13,456 nt of DNA, from NCBI GenBank assembly GCA_964584035.1, contig CAZOYL010000068.1, forward strand, positions 505 to 13,960, read 5' to 3'. The translations under genes and the position numbers were made by a program. Under the pieces are notes generated by a model. That model saw only the letters and a list, made by a program, of their open reading frames with translations. It made no database searches and was not told where the DNA came from. Below are positions 6,878 to 13,456 of this stretch, piece by piece. Within the stretch, counting starts at the first letter, position 1, and the number at the start of each line of letters is the position of its first letter. The DNA is from an uncultured Gemmatimonadota bacterium (GTDB lineage: Bacteria > SM23-81).

Positions 6878-8617
6878 TCACGAACACACCCGGTTCCGTC
6901 CCTCCGCTTTAGCCCGGTACAGGGCCTGATCGGCCTTCTCGAGGATCTGTTCCTTGTCGTCTCCATCGCCGGGGAAAGAGGACACCCCCGCGCTGACGGT
7001 CAGGTTATAGCGGTCCTGGTGAGGGTTCTTGAAGTTCTCCACATTTTCGCGAATCCGCTCGGCCACCTGCACGGCCTTATCCCGGGGACACTCGGGCAGC
7101 ACGATGGCGAATTCCTCCCCGCCGTAGCGGGCCGCGAAATCCACCTGGCGGACCGATCCGGTAAGAATCCCGGCCAGCATAACCAGCAGCTTGTCGCCCT
7201 CGGGATGTCCGAAGGCATCGTTATATCGTTTGAAATAATCGATGTCCAGGATGACCAGGCTGAAGGGCCGTCCGTGCCGCTTATATCCCTCGACCTCCCG
7301 GGAGATTCTTTCCTGTAAAAAACGATGATTATACAGGTGGGTGAGCCCGTCCCGCACGGCCTCCCGTTCTCGCTGCTGATACAGAATGGCATTCTGCATG
7401 GCAATGGCCATGTTAGCCGCCAGCGTGTCCATCCAGCGTTTTTGCTGGGCCGCGAATCCTTTGGTGGAACTTGAGATCATGGCCAGGACGCCGAACACCT
7501 CCCCGCGCGTCGTGATCGGCACGGCCAGCATATGGACCCAGGCCAATCCTTCGAGCATGTCGCCGTAACGGTTCCCCGGCACGGTGTCATCCAGTATGCG
7601 GCCTCCCTGGGCGGCCATAACGACCACTCCCGGAACCTCCTCGGGAAGAGGCTGGTCCTGACCGCCGGTCCCCAGACAATGCCGGGCGGCCAGCTTGCCG
7701 GTGACGGCATCGCGCATCCACACGGCTCCCCATCGATAGGGAATGATCTCCCCGATGGACCGCAGAGCTTCGCCGGCCAAACGGTCCGGATCCAGTATGG
7801 TGCTGATCTTGCGGCTGATCTCCTGAATCGTGCTCAGGCTGTGGCTTAAAGCCGAACTGTGGGCATAGAGTTCCAGGGACAGGATAAAGGCCGCTACGGG
7901 GACCAAAAAGAGGAGCACTCCGTCGGTCCCATAGGGAAAGTAGATGTAAAATATCGATACACCGGCGGGCGTGAAGATGGCTGTGGTCAGCGTCCGTCGC
8001 ATCAGCGCCTGCCCGCGGTCCTCCAGAGAGACCGGCGACCGCCAGAGGGATGGCAGGACCTCCAGCATGAATCCGGTGATCAGGTACGATGCCGTGCTGG
8101 AGATGACCATGGCCCATCCCAGATTCGGCCAGCCCCACCGCCCTCCCAGCGCCGCGAAGGTCCAGCCCGCCGCGGCCACGGACAGTATCGTCCGCCCCAT
8201 CCGGAACATGGATACCGAAAGCGGATGCCGGCGGATGAAAAGATGATGACCGAACACGCCCAGGCCGGCGCTCAGGGCGGCCACACCCGGTCCGAACAAC
8301 AGCAGGTTGGCATAGGTCAGAATAAAATGGAAGGAGATCCGCCCGAAAGCGGGGAAGGCCACGCTGTGCAGGGCGATCAGCAGGTTGAGAACGGCGAAGG
8401 GAAAAGCGGCCCTGGCGACCTCGTAATCCAGCTGCAGAAGATAAAACTCCAGGATGATCAGCCCGAGCCCGAAACAGACCATGCGGTAAGCCCGGATGAC
8501 CCACCATTTCCAGTCCCGCCAGCCGTCGTCAATCTTCACGGCTGCGGCGGTCTCACCTTTTGATGAGACATCCCGTTCGCCGATCTCCCGGGACAGTTTT
8601 TTCAATAAGTTCGCCAC
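6878..8617 (-). CDS. Membrane-anchored sensor diguanylate cyclase (multi-TM N-terminus + GAF + GGDEF)
   Basis: C-terminal RDGLTHLYNHR, DIDYFKRYNDAFGHPEGD, RYGGEEF (GGEEF at 7109-7123) and ADQALYRAKAEGRNRV. GAF signature LAVPITTRGEVFGVL...LAANMAIAMQNAILY. Roughly 6-7 hydrophobic segments in the N-terminal ~250 aa. GTG start with GGGGAG RBS. Confidence 0.93.
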   Translation of the reverse strand: MANLLKKLSREIGERDVSSKGETAAAVKIDDGWRDWKWWVIRAYRMVCFGLGLIILEFYLLQLDYEVARAAFPFAVLNLLIALHSVAFPAFGRISFHFILTYANLLLFGPGVAALSAGLGVFGHHLFIRRHPLSVSMFRMGRTILSVAAAGWTFAALGGRWGWPNLGWAMVISSTASYLITGFMLEVLPSLWRSPVSLEDRGQALMRRTLTTAIFTPAGVSIFYIYFPYGTDGVLLFLVPVAAFILSLELYAHSSALSHSLSTIQEISRKISTILDPDRLAGEALRSIGEIIPYRWGAVWMRDAVTGKLAARHCLGTGGQDQPLPEEVPGVVVMAAQGGRILDDTVPGNRYGDMLEGLAWVHMLAVPITTRGEVFGVLAMISSSTKGFAAQQKRWMDTLAANMAIAMQNAILYQQREREAVRDGLTHLYNHRFLQERISREVEGYKRHGRPFSLVILDIDYFKRYNDAFGHPEGDKLLVMLAGILTGSVRQVDFAARYGGEEFAIVLPECPRDKAVQVAERIRENVENFKNPHQDRYNLTVSAGVSSFPGDGDDKEQILEKADQALYRAKAEGRNRVCS

Positions 8618-8709
8618 CAGCCGTCTCCCCGCCGACCGTTCACAGGGCCGGTTTAGATCATCCGGATGCCGCCGGGGGCACCATAGACCATGAGCGGAGG
8701 AACGCTCAC

Positions 8710-9621
8710 CTATCCCATCAGCCTGGCCAGGATGGCCTTCTGGATATGCATGCGGTTCTCGGCCTGGTCGAAGACCACCGAGTGGGGGCCCTCGATGACC
8801 TCGTCCGAGATCTCCTGGCCCCGGTGGGCCGGGAGACAGTGCATCACCCTGACGTCCTGATCCGCCCTGTCGACCAGGGCCTGATCGACCTGAAACCCCT
8901 GAAAATCACGCATCCGCTTTTCGGCCTCAGCCTCCTGCCCCATGCTGGCCCAGACATCGGAGTAAATCACCTCGGCCGCCTGGACCGCATCCTTCGGATC
9001 GTTGGTCAACCGGATGGTGCTGATCCCGGCTTCCCTGGCCTCCTGAAGGATCTCCTGGTCGGGCTCGTATCCCGGAGGGGTAGCCATTCTGAGATCGAGC
9101 GGCAGCCTGGCGGCGGCCTTCAGCCAGGAATTGGCCACGTTGTTGCCATCCCCCACAAAGGCTATCCTGGCGCCCTCCAGATGCTCCCGCCACTCCAGGA
9201 TGGTCAGCAGATCGGCCAGCACCTGACAGGGGTGAAGCAGATCGGTGAGACCGTTGATCACCGGGACGGCCGAATGCCTGGCCAGCTCGACGATGGTCCC
9301 ATGTTCGAACAGCCGGGCCATGATCCCGTCGGCATACCGGGCCAGGGTCCGGGCCACATCGGAGACCAGCTCCCGCTTGCCCAGCTGAATGTCATCAGGC
9401 GAGAGATAGACCGCATGACCACCCAGCTGGTACATGCCCACCTGAAAGGAGACCCTCGTCCGGTTGGACGGTTTCTGAAAGATCAGCACCAGGGTCTTCT
9501 CCGACAGCGGCCGGTAGGCTTCCCCCTTCTTCGTCTTGGCCTTGATCCGCACGGCCTCTTTCAGCAGGTCGCCGATCTGGTCGGCAGACAGATCGGTGAT
9601 GGCCAGAAGATCTTTGGACAT
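8710..9621 (-). CDS. argF: Ornithine carbamoyltransferase
   Basis: FQKPSNRTRVSF (carbamoyl-phosphate loop), INGLTDLLHPCQ, GDGNNVANS, DVWASMG (ornithine SMG loop), HCLPAHRG and QAENR. 303 aa, AAGGAG RBS. Confidence 0.95.
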   Translation of the reverse strand: MSKDLLAITDLSADQIGDLLKEAVRIKAKTKKGEAYRPLSEKTLVLIFQKPSNRTRVSFQVGMYQLGGHAVYLSPDDIQLGKRELVSDVARTLARYADGIMARLFEHGTIVELARHSAVPVINGLTDLLHPCQVLADLLTILEWREHLEGARIAFVGDGNNVANSWLKAAARLPLDLRMATPPGYEPDQEILQEAREAGISTIRLTNDPKDAVQAAEVIYSDVWASMGQEAEAEKRMRDFQGFQVDQALVDRADQDVRVMHCLPAHRGQEISDEVIEGPHSVVFDQAENRMHIQKAILARLMG

Positions 9622-9632
9622 GGCGCTCTCCT

Positions 9633-10988
9633 TTACAAGATGTACCGGCTCAGATCCTCATTCTCGACGATATCTTTGAGCGTCTTTCGAACCGAGTCGG
9701 CGCTGATCCGGACCCTGGCTCTTTTGACATCCGGCACCTCGAAAAGCACTGCTTCCAGCAGGGTGGTCATCACCGTGTGCAGCCGGCGGGCGCCGATGTT
9801 CTCGCTTCGCGAATTCACCAGGGCGGCGATGCCGGCGATCTCCGAGATGGCGCCTTTGGTAAAAGAGATCTTCACCTCCTCGGTGGCCAGCAAGGCGGTG
9901 TACTGTTTCAGCAGCGCATTTTCCGGCTCGGTCAGAATGCGGATGAAATCCTCTTTCTCCAGGCTGTCCAGCTCGACGCGGATGGGAAAACGCCCCTGCA
10001 TCTCGGGGATCAGATCGGCGGGTTTGGCGGTGTGAAAGGCCCCGGCGGCGATGAACAGGATATGATCGGTGCTGATCATGCCGTATTTGGTGGGCACGCT
10101 GGTGCCCTCCACGATGGGCAGGATATCTCGCTGAACCCCCTCCCGGGACACATCCGGCCCGCTGGCTTTGGAATGCTCCCCGGCGATCTTGTCAATCTCG
10201 TCCAGGAAGACGATTCCGGAGTTCTCCACCCGGTGTTTGGCCTCCCGAACCACCTGCTCCATGTCCACCAGCTTCTGAGCCTCCTGCTGAGCGAGGATCT
10301 CGCGGGCCTCCGCCACGGTGACCTTGCGCTGTTTGGTGCGTTTGGGAATCAGCCCGCCGAACATCTCCTGAAAATTGATGCCCAGCTCCTCCATACCCAT
10401 GGGCGAGAAGATCTCGACGGTGGGATAGCGCCCCTCGCTGGTCTCCAGCTCGACCAGGCGCTTCTCCAGGGTTCCCTGCTGCAGGCGCTGGCGGAGCTTC
10501 TCCCTGGTCCGCTGGCGCCCTTCCTCCTCGATCCGGGTGCGTTCGTCCGGCTCTTCCCGGCGCTTTCTGGCCGGCACCGGCAGCAGCAGATCCAGCACCC
10601 GCTCCTCGGCCAGCTGGGCGGCTTTCTCCCCGACGATCTCGGTCTTCTCCCGCTTGACCATATTGACCGCCAGATCGGTCAGCTCCCGGATCATGGATTC
10701 CACATCACGCCCCACATAGCCGACCTCGGTATACCGGGAGGCCTCCACCTTGATGAATGGAGCATTGGCCAGCGATGCCAGACGGCGGGCGATCTCCGTC
10801 TTGCCCACTCCGGTGGGCCCGATCATGATGATGTTGTTGGGCATGATCTCATCCCGGAGCGGACCCTGCACCTGCTGGCGCCGCCACCGGTTTCGCAGGG
10901 CAATGGCCACGGCCTTCTTGGCCTTGTCCTGCCCGACCACATACTTGTCCAGCGCAACCACGATCTGCGTGGGTGTCAGTTCAGCCAT
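9633..10988 (-). CDS. hslU: ATP-dependent protease ATPase subunit HslU (ClpY)
   Basis: [32 protein letters not shown], Walker [13 protein letters not shown] pore loop, [35 protein letters not shown] and C-terminal EDLSRYIL. Start reassigned to ATG 10988 (GGAGG RBS); the track's 11036 start lies inside hslV. Confidence 0.97.
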   Translation of the reverse strand: MAELTPTQIVVALDKYVVGQDKAKKAVAIALRNRWRRQQVQGPLRDEIMPNNIIMIGPTGVGKTEIARRLASLANAPFIKVEASRYTEVGYVGRDVESMIRELTDLAVNMVKREKTEIVGEKAAQLAEERVLDLLLPVPARKRREEPDERTRIEEEGRQRTREKLRQRLQQGTLEKRLVELETSEGRYPTVEIFSPMGMEELGINFQEMFGGLIPKRTKQRKVTVAEAREILAQQEAQKLVDMEQVVREAKHRVENSGIVFLDEIDKIAGEHSKASGPDVSREGVQRDILPIVEGTSVPTKYGMISTDHILFIAAGAFHTAKPADLIPEMQGRFPIRVELDSLEKEDFIRILTEPENALLKQYTALLATEEVKISFTKGAISEIAGIAALVNSRSENIGARRLHTVMTTLLEAVLFEVPDVKRARVRISADSVRKTLKDIVENEDLSRYIL

Positions 10989-11007
10989 ACCGTCCTCCGG
11001 TTGTGCC

Positions 11008-11535
11008 TCACAGTGTCTCGATATCGATCCTGTCATTGGTATAGATGCAGATGGAAGCGGCGATCTTCATCGCATCCCCGACGATGGCCCGGGCATCCAG
11101 ATCGGAATGCTTCAACAGCGCCCTGGCGGCGGCCAGGGCATAGGGTCCGCCGGATCCGATGGAGACGATGCCGTCGTCCGGCTCGATGACCTCTCCGGTT
11201 CCGGAGATGATCAGACCGTGCTTCTGGTCCATGACGGCCAGCAGAGCCTCCAGCCTCCGCAGATACTTATCGGTGCGCCAGTCTTTGGCCAGCTGCACAG
11301 CCGCCCGGGGAAGATTGCCGGAAAACTCCTCCAACTTCCCCTCGAAACGTTCAAACAGGGTCAGGGCGTCGGCGGCCGATCCGGCAAAGCCCGCCAAAAT
11401 GGTATCGTTATAGAGCTTCCTCAGCTTCTTGGCGTTATGTTTCAGAACCGTCTCGTTGAAGGTCACCTGCCCATCTCCGGCCATGGCCACGCGGCCCTTG
11501 CGCCGCACACCGATGATGGTCGTTCCTCGAAACAT
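11008..11535 (-). CDS. hslV: ATP-dependent protease peptidase subunit HslV (ClpQ)
   Basis: MFRG|TTII N-terminal Thr nucleophile, [40 protein letters not shown] and ICIYTN. AAGGAG RBS, directly upstream of hslU. Confidence 0.97.
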   Translation of the reverse strand: MFRGTTIIGVRRKGRVAMAGDGQVTFNETVLKHNAKKLRKLYNDTILAGFAGSAADALTLFERFEGKLEEFSGNLPRAAVQLAKDWRTDKYLRRLEALLAVMDQKHGLIISGTGEVIEPDDGIVSIGSGGPYALAAARALLKHSDLDARAIVGDAMKIAASICIYTNDRIDIETL

Positions 11536-11574
11536 GGTAGACTCCTTGTGGCAAAGTGTGCCGCTCCTCGTCCC

Positions 11575-12903
11575 TTACCCTGCGGCCGCCCCGGAATGTT
11601 CTGGTTTCGGCACGGACCATAGGATGATCAATCCGATCAGGATGAGCAGCAGTAATGATCCCACGGCCAGCTTATACTTGAGGATCCCCAGGGACGAAAA
11701 ACCGACCACCACCAATCCCCAGATAAGGGGTCCGACGATGGCGGCCGCCTTCCCGGAGAAGGCATACAGTCCGAAGAACTCTCCCAGCATTTTCTCCGGC
11801 ACCAGAGAGATCATCAGCGGCCTGCTGGCCGTCCAGGTACCCCCCAGGAAAATACCGATCAGGGAGCCGGCCGCCCAGAAGACCGCCCGGCTGCTGCTGG
11901 CCAGCACCAGGCTCAGGGAAAGGACCCAGCCCATCAGAACGGCCAGCAGGGTCGCTCTGGCTCCCCAGCGATCCACCAGCCGCCCGCAGGCGGCCGATCC
12001 CACCACCGCCGAGGTGGTGGAGACCAGCAGGAAAGGCATGACGACCGCATCGGAGAAATTCATCACCTTGACGGCGTAGACGGCCATAAAGATGATGATA
12101 GCGCTGATTCCGTTCTCGAAAAAGAATTTGGCCACCAGGAACCGGGCCACTCCGGGATAGCGCCGATGATGGACAAAGAAGGATTTCACCCGGCGAAAGC
12201 CATCCGTCCAGTCCGCGTGAATGCGGTCCCGGGTCCCGGAAACCCTTTCCCTGACGAACAGAAAGATCGGCAGGGAGAACAGAAGAAAGAACAGGGCGGT
12301 GGGGACAAAGGTGGCCACCCGCCCGCCGGCGGCGATGAAAGGGATCTCGATTCCCAGGACACTGCCCTGATTAAAGGGCATCACCAGGATCAGGCCCACG
12401 ATGGCCCCTAAATAGCCCAGGGCCACACCGAAACCGGAGATCCTGCCCATGGTCCCGGGCGTGCTCACCTCGGGAAGCAGGGCATTGTAAAAGACCAGAC
12501 CACCCTGGTAAGCATAATTGGCCAGGGTGAAAAACAACAGCGCCGCCCAGATTCTCACATCCAGGCCCAGTCCGCTGCGGCCCACCAGGCCGATGAGGGC
12601 GGTGAACAGCACACAGCCGGCCGTCAAAGCCATCAAAAACGGCATGCGGCGGCGGATCTGATCGGAGATGGCTCCCAGTATCGGCATGGTCAGGGCCACC
12701 AGCGCCATGGAGATGGAATTGGCCGCGCTCACCAAAATATCCTCCCGCCCGTTGTCCACCGTGATCCACAGGGAGAAATACAGGGAGACCACGTTCATGG
12801 AATAGATCGTGTTGGCGAAATCGTAGAAGGCCCAGGAGAAAACCCGCCGCCGGCTGACGGGAATTGAGTGGTTCGGTGGCATATCTCGACGCTTCCATCT
12901 CAA
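11575..12903 (-). CDS. MFS transporter, UMF1/Atg22-like family
   Basis: About 12 hydrophobic segments, N-terminal SWAFYDFANT, MFS motif-A-like GAISDQIRRR and GRLVDRWGAR, FYNALLPEV, GRISGFGVALGYLG and GEFFGLYAFSGK. The start is uncertain (TTG 12903 or ATG 12882). Confidence 0.9.
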   Translation of the reverse strand: MRWKRRDMPPNHSIPVSRRRVFSWAFYDFANTIYSMNVVSLYFSLWITVDNGREDILVSAANSISMALVALTMPILGAISDQIRRRMPFLMALTAGCVLFTALIGLVGRSGLGLDVRIWAALLFFTLANYAYQGGLVFYNALLPEVSTPGTMGRISGFGVALGYLGAIVGLILVMPFNQGSVLGIEIPFIAAGGRVATFVPTALFFLLFSLPIFLFVRERVSGTRDRIHADWTDGFRRVKSFFVHHRRYPGVARFLVAKFFFENGISAIIIFMAVYAVKVMNFSDAVVMPFLLVSTTSAVVGSAACGRLVDRWGARATLLAVLMGWVLSLSLVLASSSRAVFWAAGSLIGIFLGGTWTASRPLMISLVPEKMLGEFFGLYAFSGKAAAIVGPLIWGLVVVGFSSLGILKYKLAVGSLLLLILIGLIILWSVPKPEHSGAAAG

Positions 12904-12905
12904 GA

Positions 12906-13451
12906 CTATAATCCCAGCTCATCGGCTATCGACTGCATTCCCTCCAGGGCCAGGCCGATGAAGGCCTCCAGGTCGAGGTCCAGATCCCGGCAGGATGCGA
13001 TCTGCTCGCGGTTGGCCCCGGCGGCAAAGCGTTTCTCCTGGTAGCGGTGAAGCACAAAATCCACGTCCACCTCCCGGAGCTTCTTGCTGGGATGCATCAG
13101 GGTGGCGGCCACGATCAGACCGGTGAGCGGATCGACGGCATAGAGGGCCTTGTCCATGCGGGTCCTGGCCTCCTGATGGCCGGGGTGCGCCTTGATGGCG
13201 TCGATGATGCGTTCGTCCACATCCATCTGCTCCAGGATCTCGGCCGTCACCAGGCCGTGACGGGGGAAATCGTCGACCGTCTGATCGTAGTCCAGATCGT
13301 GCAGCAGCCCGGTCACCGCCCACATCGCCTCATCCTCGCCGAAATGGCGCGCCAGCCGGTTCATGACCGCCTCGGTGGCCAGCATGTGCTTGACCAGATT
13401 TGTATTCTTCACATGAGATCGGACCAGTCGCAGAGCCTCTTCACGATCCAT
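12906..13451 (-). CDS. HD (HDIG) domain metal-dependent phosphohydrolase, COG2316-like
   Basis: KHMLATEAVM...GLLHDLDY...HG...AIKAH...ALYAVDPLTGLI...FAAGANRE gives the H..HD..H..H..D metal-ligand pattern of the small stand-alone HD family. Confidence 0.88.
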   Translation of the reverse strand: MDREEALRLVRSHVKNTNLVKHMLATEAVMNRLARHFGEDEAMWAVTGLLHDLDYDQTVDDFPRHGLVTAEILEQMDVDERIIDAIKAHPGHQEARTRMDKALYAVDPLTGLIVAATLMHPSKKLREVDVDFVLHRYQEKRFAAGANREQIASCRDLDLDLEAFIGLALEGMQSIADELGL

Positions 13452-13456
13452 GGCGG

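Noticed and set aside
3807..6929. Plus-strand ORFs of 270, 134 and 433 aa, plus alternative-frame minus ORFs, inside the TPR gene
   Set aside because: They overlap a well-supported gene, show shadow-type or R/P/G-rich composition, and have no recognisable domain.
8618..8709. c-di-GMP riboswitch upstream of the cyclase
   Set aside because: The GEMM-I hallmarks (GGCAAA...GNRA-capped stem...GACGCAAAGC) are absent on the coding strand.
11536..11574. Sigma54-like GGCAC...TTGC or heat-shock operator upstream of hslV
   Set aside because: The GG-to-GC spacing is 8 nt rather than the required 10, and there is no CIRCE repeat. Only a 4-bp hairpin is present.
8560..11622. Plus-strand ORFs of 491, 470 and 290 aa
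   Set aside because: Antisense to argF, hslU and hslV, all of which are unambiguous.
1..13456. CRISPR array, tRNA/rRNA, IS element, prophage or defence genes
   Set aside because: By eye I found no regularly spaced DNA repeats, no intergenic gap with tRNA-like structure, and no transposase, integrase, nuclease or RT motifs. The TPR repeats are degenerate and visible only at the protein level.

Overview
This is a GC-rich bacterial chromosomal segment in which every credible gene lies on the minus strand. In transcription order (right to left): HD-domain hydrolase, UMF1/Atg22-like MFS transporter, hslV, hslU, argF, a membrane-anchored GAF-GGDEF diguanylate cyclase, and a ~1220-aa exported all-TPR protein. 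A probable terminator and a near-consensus sigma70 promoter follow, then comM/yifB, a 65-aa charge-bipolar small protein, a 144-aa hypothetical protein, and an M50 site-2 protease that is cut by the window edge and missing from the supplied ORF track. I see no RNA genes, CRISPR arrays, mobile elements or recognisable defence systems. The long plus-strand ORFs are antisense shadows. The region is mostly housekeeping and I cannot support a confidently novel system. The best leads are the comM-small protein-hypothetical-S2P unit, the cyclase/giant TPR pair, and two active-site motif variants (S2P N->T, ArgF STRT->SNRT).
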